DNA from: Epithemia pelagica
Lineage: Eukaryota > Protista > Bacillariophyta
Reading direction: 5' to 3'
Assembly: GCA_946965045.2 (NCBI GenBank)
Contig: OX337240.1
Span: 1,984,001-2,048,000 of the forward strand
DNA: 64,000 nt
The notes under the pieces: generated by a model
Databases searched by the model: none
Told to the model about the DNA's origin: nothing
The model's input: the letters and a program-made list of their open reading frames with translations, nothing else
Shown here: piece after piece, positions 1 to 11,041 of the stretch
Layout: the number at the start of each line of letters is the position of its first letter
How positions within the stretch are numbered: position 1 is the first letter of the stretch
Made by a program: the position numbers and the translations under genes

Positions 1-2
1 AA

Positions 3-920
3 CAGTGCGTCCGTTATTCTTATTTCCGCAGAATGAATACCGATCTCAAGAACTCGATACAGCTCCTCGTCTTCCTGTATCTCGGTGATGGTCTGGAAGA
101 TTGATTCAACTTCCGCTATGTATGGGATCATTTGCTGGACATAGGTACGTAAATAACCTGGCTTGCATGATATAGAAAGAACATGGACCACACGGTCCAC
201 GAGATGTTGTACCAATGGATCCAGCTGCTTCTCGTTAAAGTTGGGCATGTTCGACTTTGATGGATGGTGGCTTTGAAGCTGGCTCTTGATTCTGGAAACT
301 AGCACTGTTCGCACCAGTTTCTGTCGAACGCAATCAATGCCACCAAGGAGCTGATAGTTGGCATCATCCACATCTAAGACATAAGAGCGACCGTTTGAGT
401 TGTATTTTTGTTGTTGTTTTTGCAAAGCAGCCTCGACGGAATTTTGACGAGCTCCACTGTCCGGATACAAACGGAAAAGGCGGCCTGATACAATTAAATG
501 GGTCATAACCAGTAAAGTAACAATTCCCACAGGCGGTTTGTAGGATATGATGGTCCAGTATTGGTCGTAGAGATGCTGAAAGTATGGTTTAATCAGTGCC
601 TGTTCTTCTGCAACTGCGGCGGCGGAAGCTGCTACCGATGATGGCATTTTCCCAATGATTGGTTCCTTGGAAAAATGAGATGAGCCTGATCCATCTACAT
701 CCACTGGCACCTCCACTGTCATCATTTGTTCACCAGCAATTGCTTGTCCCTCACCATTCGACTCGACAATACCGTTTCTTCTTCTTCCAAGTGAGAGCTT
801 CCAAGCCTGGGTAGATGTGCGATCGCTGCCGTGGAGACTGCAGAGAAAACAAAGTTGGAGCAGCCAGAACCGAGGCTTCCTAATAGAAAGACTACCGAAC
901 AATGATGTCCGGACAATCAT
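3..920 (-). CDS. Hypothetical protein, 5' part; the ORF runs off the window start
   Basis: Manual translation from ATG at 920 is open to position 3 with no stop (306 codons: MIVRTSLFGSLSIRKPRFWLLQLCFLCSLHG...RVLEIGIHSAEIRITDAL). It has a hydrophobic N-terminus and a TM-like stretch (VGIVTLLVMTHLIV). Absent from the ORF track because no stop lies in the window. Confidence 0.7.
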   Translation of the reverse strand, partial: MIVRTSLFGSLSIRKPRFWLLQLCFLCSLHGSDRTSTQAWKLSLGRRRNGIVESNGEGQAIAGEQMMTVEVPVDVDGSGSSHFSKEPIIGKMPSSVAASAAAVAEEQALIKPYFQHLYDQYWTIISYKPPVGIVTLLVMTHLIVSGRLFRLYPDSGARQNSVEAALQKQQQKYNSNGRSYVLDVDDANYQLLGGIDCVRQKLVRTVLVSRIKSQLQSHHPSKSNMPNFNEKQLDPLVQHLVDRVVHVLSISCKPGYLRTYVQQMIPYIAEVESIFQTITEIQEDEELYRVLEIGIHSAEIRITDAL

Positions 921-1636
921 GCCATTCTTTTGATGAGACGTCTTCTTCAATGCTCTTGTATTCCCCATCGATGTCATCGTGGATCCATCATTTCTACTCC
1001 AACACTCCAACCACAATTACTTCCATCGTATGAGTATGACAGACACCTCGTTTGGAGCGCAAGCCCGAGGGTCTTCACTTCTGGACCTGCGCGATTTCGC
1101 TTCTCCGCTACTCGTAATTCTCAAGGGAAGCGCGATCGGATCGCATTTGGGCAGCATCCAGAGAATTCAAGGGATGCGATTTTGCTACTTCGCTATTCGG
1201 AAGCAGGATTTGTCGGTCATTGCTGTCTGTGCCCATGCCAATGACACTACAACTTATAAGTATTTCCTGGACGGTCTCCTACAATAAAGGTACCATGGGC
1301 CATGGGCCACGGGATGATGATGATGGTTATGGTTCGTGATCGTGAGGGGAGAAGTTAGGTAGGGGAGAAGTTCATGTTCATGCTTCATGCTCCTGAATCA
1401 GCCATAAACAACCGTAGGATCGACGAATATTCGTATTTTTACCTGGTTGTGTTTCGTTGATCCCTGAGCAGGGTCAATGGTCAATTTAGAGAACTGCTAT
1501 GCGAGTCTAAGCTACTGGGAACTGGGAACTGGGACATTCATGTGTTCCATTTTTTTCCTGCCATGCCTAGGCCTTATGATTATACCTAGTAGGAGTAGTA
1601 CTTTGTCTAACGTCCAGCCGACAGATGATTATCGTT

Positions 1637-1712
1637 GCCCAACGCCCAACGCCCAACGCCCAACGCCCAACGCCCAACGCCCAACGCCCAACGCCCAACG
1701 CCCAACGCCCAA
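1637..1712. repeat. Heptamer tandem repeat (GCCCAAC)x10 plus a partial unit
   Basis: Ten perfect GCCCAAC units at 1637-1706, then GCCCAA. Confidence 0.97.
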
Positions 1713-1921
1713 GGATCAGGATTGGGAAGAATTGGCTTAGAACGTGTCATAAATAAAGGCTGCTAGTAGTTGTAAGACGACCCGTGCACTGCTGTCTGCT
1801 GTCGTCTCTAATCTCTAATCCATAGAATGATAGGAGTACTACTCCTAGTAGAGAATCCATGCCTGACAGACACAGACGCGTGCAACTCGCTACCGACAAT
1901 GGGAACAATGCGATCCTTCAC

Positions 1922-1999
1922 CCCCTAGCGAGGGTGTTTTTGAGGTTGTAATTTCGTTGAAACACGAAATTAAACCCTCTTATTCACCCCCGCTAGAGG
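1922..1999. repeat. Short fold-back element with nested imperfect inverted repeats
   Basis: Outer arms 1922-1936 and 1985-1999 are complementary at 13/15; inner arms 1942-1957 and 1964-1979 at 14/16. Confidence 0.7.
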
Positions 2000-2580
2000 C
2001 TGGTAATTCTTTTTTATGATAACCTTACTCCGTAGCGTGATCTTGAGTCCTACTTGATCGTGATTCATGGTGTGTTTTTCTTTTTCATTTTTCACAGCTT
2101 GTCATTCACGAGCAAGACTCATTATTTCGCTAGGGTATATTGTAGATTTGCGTGTTGTAAGTTGTAAGTGTAAGTTGTAAGGTACAGTACTCGTACAATA
2201 CTCCTAAGGGTGTGGTGGGCGTGCGGGTATGAAGTACTCGTATCAACGCGAGCATTGATTCACCCCATGCCGGCGTCGGAAGGAAGTAATATTATAAGTG
2301 AAACACGTGCTCTCTAAGAGTTGTTGGATGAGCTCTCATTATTTATCGTTCTTTATACGACACGTGCACCATTTATGCCGAACAGCCACCGCACACTCCC
2401 CTTCAACCGTTGAATCTTAGCAAGCAAAGATTTCTGCAAGCCTTGAAAATTACACAGAAGCAACGCCCATTCTCGAACCAAAGTTCCGCCACCGACCGAC
2501 AACAACCCAAGTGATCACAATCTCATAGCCTTGGACTTGGATACCTCTGAAAGTACAACAGTGATAACTTCTTCTTCAGC

Positions 2581-5078
2581 ATGGCGGCCCAACAAAATGC
2601 GGTGGCCGAGACGCCTGATGGTATCGAGGTGGATCTTCGATGGTATGTGACTGCAATGGGACTGATCATGGCGGTTTCTTTCATGGCCGGTTTGCAGCAG
2701 TCGCCTATTCTTCTGGAGGAGAACTTGCTGTCTCCAACGACTGCGTCTCCCTCTCTGCCGCCAGTTGCAGACCGTTCCAAGGTAGTTCGAGACTCATTTT
2801 TGGTTCAAGAAGCCACCATTGGCGGCAACGTGGATCTGTCCAATTTAAAAATGGAAGAAGATTTGACCTTTGACCCGACTGCCGCGGCGGCCGGTGAACA
2901 TTTGCTTGTCGACATAGAAGGTGTCGATGCGGACTTTTTGGACAGTGAATCACGCTTGGCACAGGCCATGATTGATACAAGCAAAGAAGCTGGACTCGAA
3001 TTGTTGAGCTACCATTGTCATTCCTTGGAACCGAAGGGCGTCAGTTGCGTAGGAGTCTTGTTGGAATCGCACATGTCGTTCCATACTTGGCCCGATGAAG
3101 GTGTCATCACGCTGGATCTTTATGTTACTACCGTCAGCACTAACACGGAACAACAAGCCAAGCAGCAACCATTGGTGCCCAACGTGGTGGATAGCATTAA
3201 GCGCTTGTTTGGGGTCCGAGGTGCAGGCAACGCGCCGCGTCCTCTCAACGCTCGTTGGTCCCATGAATTCCGCGGCTTTGATACAGCTGCCTCTCAGAAG
3301 AATGATGGCATCCATTTGGCTGGAAGTGATTTGGCTCTGTGGGTTCTCAGTCCATTGGAAATGTATTCCAAGACCTTGGTCCATTCGTCATGGCCACAAC
3401 CGAACCAGCGCGTCGATATCTGGGATCTGGTAGATGTACGTTCTTGTCGGAGGTTGTTTGCTCAACTCTTTGACATATCTTGCACCTCACCTGCGATTTT
3501 GCTTATACTATTGTTCAGGTTACTGATACGCCCTCACATGCTGACATTATTAAGCATGGATTGAAAGAGGGGGATCCAAGACTGTCTACACCAGAACTGG
3601 CATCGCCGTGGCGCATTGTCTTCGTGAACGGGAAGCTCATTGTAATGATCGATGAAGAAGAAGTCTTGATGGAGACTTTGGTTCATCCAGCTTTGTTCGC
3701 TCATTCACGGCCTGAGCAGGTTACTATTCTTGGTGGACCAGCCAGTCTGGCCAACGGTGTGATCCGTGAGGTCCTCAAACATGCAACCGTCAAGAGCTTA
3801 ACTGCCTGGCAAAGCAACCCTGAATTTGTTGAACAGATAGCACCCAAGGCGGTACCTGTCCTTTCCAACTGCACTGCGCTGATTGGACGGACAAACAATT
3901 GTTTGGAAGATCCGATTGTGGACCTCAAGTATTATCTTGAGAAACCAGCCAGTTCAGTTATCACACCAGAATCTCCCAAGCAGGATGCGATGATTGTCTT
4001 GGACTACTTGTCGATTATGAATGCGGCCGAAGATATCAAGCACATGGTTAAACTCTGGATGAATTCCTTGACCGAGCAAGGTGTTTTGTTGATTGCTCTC
4101 GGACAAGCAGCTGCCATTCACGATCCTCGTCCAGATTTGGGTGTACATGCTGGCCGCGAAGAAATGATGTTGGCCTTGGAAGCATTGGATGATGTGGCGG
4201 CAATACTTGTGTTTGAAGAAGCCCATACGGGAACCCTCGAACCTGAAGGATTCCTTCTCGTTTGCAAACACGCCTCTTGTCGTGAACGCTGGTACGCCCG
4301 CAGTGATCAGGTCGAGTTCCAGATTTATGACCGTCTTGTGAAAACGGAAAAAGAGTATGTGAATGGTATCCGCATACCTACGCTTTCATACTACGACGGA
4401 ACAACTCAACGTTCTTATCAATGGCCGAAGAAAGGTTGGGAGACTGTATATTGCAAGCGTGAACCCACTCCGTGGGAATGTGCCTACACCCACTTGAATC
4501 AATACGCAGAATTCCACGAATTCAACGTGACTCATGAAGACGAGGGATCCTTCCGAATGGAACTCGAATATGAGGATGACCCCGAGGACGAAGAAGAACC
4601 CGAAATTAAGGAGTCGAGGGTGTATGCAACTACAAACATTCCCAAAGGAAGTTACATCATGGCGGAACATCTTGCCAGTAGTTTGATGGTGACAACACGC
4701 AACTTGGAAGGTTTGGCGAACAACACTCACATGAGCTCTGCAGCTCCAAAGGTTGTCACGTCCAAATCTCGTGCCGCCATTATCGAAGACTTGTTGGAAT
4801 TCATTGACGACCATGGTCACTCCTCCGTCATGGAAGGAAGCGAGCAACACTATGTGGAAGTTGGAGGTTCGGCTTTGATTCGCAGGTCAGAGAACATGAA
4901 AGAAGCAAACATTGAACCCTGGGTTCCTCGTCGTCGTTCATCCAAACCGAAGTACTCGCCTGTTTACGAACGTCATCGTATGTCGATTGATGTTTTCATT
5001 GTTGCTTCTCGTGATATTCAGGAGGGTGAAGAAGTCGTCATGTTCAAAGAAATGTGGACGACCCCCACTGTGGATTAA
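2581..5078 (+). CDS. AdoMetDC / aminopropyltransferase (spermidine-synthase-like) / SET-like fusion of the diatom long-chain polyamine synthase type; join(2581..3435,3519..5078), about 804 aa
   Basis: AdoMetDC signature GEHLLVDI...GVLLESHMSFHTWPDEG; spermidine-synthase-like METLVHPALFAHSRPEQVTILGG...IREVLKH; SET-like RVYATTNIPKGSYI...ASRDIQEGEEV; N-terminal TM segment. A phase-0 GT-AG intron at 3436-3518 joins the two track ORFs in frame (WDLVD|VTDTP). Confidence 0.9.
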
Positions 5079-5509
5079 AGCCCATGGAATGAAGTTCTAC
5101 GACTCTTGTTAAGTTATTTGTTATTTTCCAAAGCGACCAATTCACTTCATGCTTCATAGCAGCGGAAGATTGCTCCCTGACTTTTGCCTTCGGATGCCAT
5201 TGTTAGACAGATAGTGAATACTTTTATTTTACCAAACACAATTACGAGTATGATATCTCTTTCCAATTCCATTTCCCTTTTATCATGCACATGCAGGTTC
5301 TCATTCTCATGTGTGTTTGTGTCCTGTTCTCATTTTATGGTCATAGATTCGAGATTGAATCTCTGACTAACAGCCGGTTCGACTATATGGAATACAGTAC
5401 CTCGAGCAAAGGTGACAGCTGCTGGCAGTGGCCACAAATGAGAACTGAATGCGGCAAACAATAAAACACAAAACACCGCAAAGATATACCATAACTCAAG
5501 AAGTCGACC

Positions 5510-7014
5510 ATGTTCTTTTCTCCTCCCTTCCCCGGCGAGCAATATCTTCAGGTGGCGTTGCCCAACTACGGCTTGGCGCATGTTGTTGTATCCGCCTTGC
5601 TGGTTGTATCGTTTGTCTTTTGGATTTTTGTGTTTCCAGTGTGGTTCGTCAAAACCGAAGTCCAAACCGCGACAGCACCTCCTGAAGGACAGTCTCAGGC
5701 CAAGGACACGGCTTCTTCTAAAAAGGGCAAGAAATCTTCGAAAGCGTCTGAGCAGCCAGAAATTGTTTCCAAAGAAGTGCCTTTATTTGTCAGTGCATTG
5801 ACCGTATTGGGATTTGTCACAACCTCAGTGGTGGTTCTCCTTTGGTGCAGCCCTTACAACGGTTGGTTGCCCCGACGAGTGTTTCAAGCACCGCTTCTAA
5901 CACGTGAGGAATGCGACGAAATTGTGAAACGATCCATGGCGGCCGCGGAGCGTAATGTGCAACAGTCGCAAGCTCGATTGGCCGTCGTGGGTGGCTGGGA
6001 CAACTTGACCAAGGAAGAAAATCGAACCATGACGGCTTTGTTGGACTTTCCAAGTGGATGGCAAAAATCGAGACACGCGGCATATCCGACCACCGATTTG
6101 AATCTTGTTACTGATCCTTTCACCAAAGATGACCGAGAATTTATTGGTGGATTATTGCATCGACGACTATCTCCTTTGATAGTGCGTATCTTTGGCATTC
6201 CTTCCAAGAGTATTCGAAGCATTGATATCTTTGTGGTGCGCTACGATGTTGGTAAACGGACGAAACTGGCAAACCATTCAGATGAGGGAGATATTTCCTT
6301 CAATATTTTGTTAACGGATGATTTTGAGGGGGGAGGGACAAAATTTTGGGATCGCTCCAAAGAGGCACCGTTTGCTCATGTCGAACCAACAGAACCTGGG
6401 ACTGTGTTGACACATTCAGCTTTGATTCATCATGAAGGATACACCGTGTCGGAGGGTACACGAATCATCTTGGTTGGATTTACTTCCGTCGATCGAGTCG
6501 AGCCCTGGCAAAAAACGTGGACCGGACTGAGTTGGCTGGCCTCTTTTGCCAATTTGAACTTTCTCACGGTCAAGTTTAAATACAGTGTACACAACACGCA
6601 ACGTCGACTAGCGGAGAATTCATGGTTGGCCACACAATGGGATGAAAACGAATATGTTCGGTACCTGTTTAGTGATGTCTATGACATTGCCCTTGAAGTC
6701 GTCGACAGGATATCGTCACATGTCGTGGAGTCACTAGTGGCACCGAAAGACAAGGAAAATTTCATTTCTGCTCTCGAAGATGGATATCGTGCTGAACATC
6801 TTGACAAACCCAAGCCGGACGAAGCTTCATGGTTCAAGGGGCAGCAAATTCGTGTTAATCTGGTACGTGAAAGTGTCGTTCTGGCGAGTCGTATCTTTAG
6901 AAAAGATGAAGGTCAGAATCTAACTAGTTCGTGCTTGTTTTTGTGCAGGATGGAAGCATCGAATCGGAATGGCAGACGAGAGTTGACAACGTTAAGACAT
7001 TTGAGGAACTTTAA
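5510..7014 (+). CDS. Membrane-anchored 2-oxoglutarate/Fe(II) dioxygenase (prolyl/lysyl hydroxylase-like); join(5510..6862,6949..7014)
   Basis: HxD...H...R motif (LANHSDEGD...FEGGGT...IHHEG...GTRIILVGF) and two N-terminal TM helices. A GT-AG intron at 6863-6948 gives the C-terminus DGSIESEWQTRVDNVKTFEEL*. Confidence 0.85.
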
Positions 7015-7255
7015 TTTCTGCCTTCTGCTGGTGAGTGGTTTCTTTTTTTTTGTCGAAAGTTTTTGCTCGAGTAGCGGATTTCATAAAACACTTCCATGTA
7101 GTGAGTGAGGTAATCTCATGTACATTTAACACTATAGGTAACATGCATTTATGAAAGGTGGTGATTCAACGCTAGAGGTTAGCATGAGGGGGCTCAATGC
7201 AAACTCGAGAATAGGCCTACCCCCAAGAGTGTTGAATATTACGATGATGGTTCAT

Positions 7256-8077
7256 TTACTTGACCTTTTTGTCGTGTGCATCAAGTCCAGTTCTTTCCTT
7301 CTGTGCTGCTACTTGCTGTCCCTTCGTTTGGTTGGATTTTTGTGGGATGTTTGTGGATTGAAGAGAATTTGCGGATGCCGATGTCTTGCTCAACAGTTCC
7401 TTTGCAGAATGTGCATCCATTCGCAGCAAAAAGGCCACAAACACTGTACATACATTCGCTATGGTCAAACCAAGATGAGTTACTCTCCAAAGCACATCGA
7501 CCGCGATGTTAACGCCGGGACGTTTCATTAGCAAAACACCCCAACAAAACACGAGAAGATTGACAAGTAGTGGAATGAAAAAAGGTAGGGATGTCACTGC
7601 GAACTTGCTTTGGTCATCTTCACTAGCGATCTTGTATCGACAGACACGGAGGCAAGCAAAATGCAGCCATGGGCCAGCCACAGCGGCATGGATCATTGCC
7701 CACACACGCGATGGATTTTGCATGTACGTCGACAGTGCCTCGGACAAGTCAACGGATGCAGCGAGACCGTCGTCATTGTTTGTCCAATGTCGGATCAGGT
7801 CGTACTCGTGAAGCACAGCTTGGTCTACGTAGGCGGTTGCCAAGATGCTCGATATACTCACGACCACGCAAATGTACGTAAAGGTCCGAATGGTAGTGTC
7901 GTGGGTCATTTGAAACTGATTTGCCAAGGTTTCTACGAGCACTTCTGTGTCCGACGACGATGACTGCTTCTGGTTGAGGCTTTCTTGACTCGGTGAGGCG
8001 GCATTATCACTAGTTGTTGACGAATCTCCACCATTCTTGCTCTGGTTAGATGGTTTGCGTTGCCGTAGATCAGCCAT
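7256..8077 (-). CDS. Hypothetical multi-pass membrane protein
   Basis: About 273-aa ORF from ATG 8077 (MADLRQRK) with 3-4 hydrophobic helices and a Lys-rich C-terminus (DKKVK). Confidence 0.7.
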   Translation of the reverse strand: MADLRQRKPSNQSKNGGDSSTTSDNAASPSQESLNQKQSSSSDTEVLVETLANQFQMTHDTTIRTFTYICVVVSISSILATAYVDQAVLHEYDLIRHWTNNDDGLAASVDLSEALSTYMQNPSRVWAMIHAAVAGPWLHFACLRVCRYKIASEDDQSKFAVTSLPFFIPLLVNLLVFCWGVLLMKRPGVNIAVDVLWRVTHLGLTIANVCTVFVAFLLRMDAHSAKELLSKTSASANSLQSTNIPQKSNQTKGQQVAAQKERTGLDAHDKKVK

Positions 8078-8264
8078 TGTACTTTCCCCTTCTCTCGTCC
8101 CTGTTGCTGGAGACGGCACTGCGACTTCAATGTGACGATCATCTTAAAACTACTCCCCAACGCGCCACGAACCACTACAATATGCATCAAGAAGCTATGG
8201 ATGCTATGCTGCAACAGCCAGCTCAAAAAATAGACCATGGTTCACGCTGCCAAAAGCTTTTCGG

Positions 8265-9014
8265 TTAACTACTTTTGTCAGCTAACATTGCCTTTGCAAT
8301 TTCGTCGCGTTTCTCCTTACCAAACAAATTCTCTCCAAGCTGCAAGGCAAACTTCAAAGAGGTTCCTGGTCCCTGCGAAGTTGTCAAATTCTCGTTGATC
8401 ACGACGTCCTCGTTGGACTCTACTGTCGTAATTTTTTCTCGAAACACTGGGGCGGGGTAGCAGGTTGCCGAACCTTCCTCTGGTATCAGATTGTGGGTGG
8501 CCAAGACGACAGCCGGTGAGGCGCAAACAGCCCCATAGAGCTTCTTTCCAGCCATTTGCTTCTTGAGAAGATCAATGAGTGGAGCCGAATCACGTAAATG
8601 CTCCGCTCCTGGCATACCTCCTGGCAAAGCTATCAAGTCCCATTCTTCAGTGGCAGCTTGTGCAATGGTAGTGTCTGCTTGAACTTTGATACCGCGGCTC
8701 ATGGTACATAGCAAGTCTCCATTGGGTTTCACGGAGGCAATCGTGACATCCGCACCGAAGCGTACCAGAGTGTCGGTGATGCATGTGGTTTCAATTTCCT
8801 CACTTCCATCTGCGATGGGTACAAGAACTCGCTTGGACATGTCCCTTGCGGTGGACGAAGCAGGTCGGGTACCCTGGCGGTTGTGGATGTGCGAAGCAAC
8901 AAAGGACGCCGCTCTTCCGGCAACAAACAAGGACTGTGGTTGCCCTGGAGATGACCGAATCAGCGCAAACACCGTGACAAGAGTGCTGGTTCGACACACC
9001 AAATTGCGAAGCAT
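8265..9014 (-). CDS. DJ-1: DJ-1/PfpI (YajL/ThiJ-type) family protein with an N-terminal targeting extension
   Basis: KRVLVPIADGSEEIE, LPGGMPGAEHL, nucleophile elbow GAVCASPA and TTSQGPGT motifs. ATG at 9014 precedes a presequence-like region containing RAASFVA. Confidence 0.92.
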   Translation of the reverse strand: MLRNLVCRTSTLVTVFALIRSSPGQPQSLFVAGRAASFVASHIHNRQGTRPASSTARDMSKRVLVPIADGSEEIETTCITDTLVRFGADVTIASVKPNGDLLCTMSRGIKVQADTTIAQAATEEWDLIALPGGMPGAEHLRDSAPLIDLLKKQMAGKKLYGAVCASPAVVLATHNLIPEEGSATCYPAPVFREKITTVESNEDVVINENLTTSQGPGTSLKFALQLGENLFGKEKRDEIAKAMLADKSS

Positions 9015-9340
9015 CAAGACGCTAGTGAGACAGCAACACAAACCAACTACGACAAGATACGGTTGGGGTTGATGGGAATGAGGCGAGACAAAAGGGTACT
9101 CCTAATACGCGAGACAAAAAGATCCAAAGAAAAGATACTGTCACTAAAACGCCACTGAAACGCGACCCAAGACGACTTTTGATGCTGTGCGAGTGCGACA
9201 GAGCGAACCACATTCCCATTCCCATCTTCCACATTCGTTCCTGATCCTCTGATATCATGCAGCTCCGAATGAATTGACAATTGATTGATCATCTCTTATC
9301 TATTCAAGGATTGAACGTAGAAGGGATTGGACGTAGTGTC

Positions 9341-10717
9341 ATGTCGTCGTCAACTTCCTCGCAACAGGGCGAAGCAGATCGTCAGATATTGACTGTTCGA
9401 GCATTGGAAGAGGCTGTAGCCGTTCTGTTTGCCAACAACTTTGACGCGGACAGCTCGGTTTGCTTGGTGACTCTCATAAAAGTTTTGGACAATGTTTTAC
9501 ATAAGCCGGTTGACCCAATGGTTCGTCAGTTGCGATTAAGCAATGCCGCTGTTTGGCAAAAGATTGGCCAACGAAAGGGAGCAATTGAAATCTTAGAAGC
9601 CTGTGGGTTTCAAAAGGAAACGGCTCCACCACCATTGCTTTCTGGCAATACAGCGGGCAACGAAGCATCCGGAGAGTCCATACTAATACTTAAACCGGAT
9701 CGCGAAAACCAGTCGATCATTGTTACAGCTCGACGACTGTTGCAGATACGTGCTGTTCAGGACTTAAAGATGGATCCCAATCTCTTGCCACCGTATCGCG
9801 AACCCCCTCCTCCACCATCCGTGGTCATTGAAAACTCTAAAACTAACAGTGGTTTCAATGTGTTTGCTGGCCACCGATATGATGCCAAGTCGGCTGCAGT
9901 GGGAGCCAATCTGGGACCGTCCGAGGGGTACGTTAGCAAAACAGAAATCGCGTTGAATGCGCTTAAACAACAACAACAGAAATTGGAGCAGCGTTTCCAT
10001 GAACAAAACCCAGTGGAGCGAAATTGGCAGGCCTTTGAGCCTGTGCGAAACATGAGCAATGAAGGAGCTACAATATCAAGTAACAATGTCGGTGGTGGAG
10101 ATTCGAGTCTCTTGATGGCGCGAGCGCAACAGAAGGAGGCAGAACGTAAACAACGGGAAGAGGGTGGATTCACAACTGCGGCAATGAGAGAATTAGAACG
10201 ATTGAAAAAGGAAAAAGTATACAGCCATGTCACCCTCACAATACAGTTTCCATCGGGACATTCAGTACGTGGACAGTTTCTACCCAAGGAAACGGTCCAA
10301 ACTGTGGTGGAATCCTTACAAAAGGATTGCCTTATTGCAACAAGTGCACAAGTGGCAAACGAGAACACAGTATGCATCGATTTGTATGTTACACCACCAC
10401 GGCGACTTCTGGGATTGAATCAAACGTTGCAGCAGGAAGGGCTGGTACCCGCGGCCAAAGTATTTGCCAGTTGGAAGAAAGGATGTGGACCACGAGGGAA
10501 TAACGAATCATTCCTACATTCTCACTTGTTCCCTGAAAAGTCTTCTGAGCCTACCCCGTCCTTCCCCACGGGAGAAGCTGTCGCAAAACAACAAGAACAG
10601 AAGGAAGATGGGGCTAAAGTCGCAGCGACGACGTCGACAAAGAAACCAGCAAAGAAAAAGGGAGACCGAGAAGAAGATTTGCTAAAACGTATGATGGGTG
10701 GTGGCGGTAGACGATAG
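9341..10717 (+). CDS. PUB and UBX domain protein (p97/Cdc48 adaptor, UBXN6-like)
   Basis: PUB-like LIKVLDNVLHKP...RQLRLSNAAV...GAIEILEACGF and UBX-like VTLTIQFPSGHSVRGQFLPKETV...LYVTPP...GLVPAA. Confidence 0.85.
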   Translation: MSSSTSSQQGEADRQILTVRALEEAVAVLFANNFDADSSVCLVTLIKVLDNVLHKPVDPMVRQLRLSNAAVWQKIGQRKGAIEILEACGFQKETAPPPLLSGNTAGNEASGESILILKPDRENQSIIVTARRLLQIRAVQDLKMDPNLLPPYREPPPPPSVVIENSKTNSGFNVFAGHRYDAKSAAVGANLGPSEGYVSKTEIALNALKQQQQKLEQRFHEQNPVERNWQAFEPVRNMSNEGATISSNNVGGGDSSLLMARAQQKEAERKQREEGGFTTAAMRELERLKKEKVYSHVTLTIQFPSGHSVRGQFLPKETVQTVVESLQKDCLIATSAQVANENTVCIDLYVTPPRRLLGLNQTLQQEGLVPAAKVFASWKKGCGPRGNNESFLHSHLFPEKSSEPTPSFPTGEAVAKQQEQKEDGAKVAATTSTKKPAKKKGDREEDLLKRMMGGGGRR

Positions 10718-10815
10718 CGTTCCCCCTGGGAGACACGGCATTCTAGGTAGACAATTGTGCGGACAAGCTATCGATTTTGTGGGACATGGTCAAGACAAAG
10801 TAGGGATAGCTAGGA

Positions 10816-10955
10816 GTAGCTATTTACTCTACGAGTAGTAGCTCTTTGTAGTCGCACGCACAAGAAAACCAACAACCAATAGTCTCCAGCGGGGGTGAGT
10901 CCAGGTCGCAGGTGGGTCAGCATCTTCGATGCGCATCGCTCATTCGACTCATGAG
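10816..10955. repeat. Direct repeat R, copy 1, upstream of Crinkler-like gene 1
   Basis: Nearly identical to 13625-13770, which has a 6-bp insertion and about two substitutions. Confidence 0.93.
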
Positions 10956-11041
10956 CGACCTGTTTTAACACCCGCTGGGGGATACAACAACCAGCAAAGA
11001 CCCAGAGTACGGTACGATAATAGCGGGTTGGTGTTTCGACC

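Noticed and set aside
3-920. Assignment of the first partial ORF to the NCA2 family
   Set aside because: Only a vague recalled resemblance; the diagnostic region would lie outside the window.
930-1287. Short plus-strand ORFs 930..1244 and 979..1287
   Set aside because: No recognisable motifs; they lie in the probable promoter/UTR of the minus-strand gene starting at 920.
1637-1712. (GCCCAAC)n as a telomeric repeat or as the coding repeat of ORF 1477..1740
   Set aside because: It is internal, short and unlike TTAGGG-type repeats. The ORF's PTPNAQR repeat is simply the translated microsatellite.
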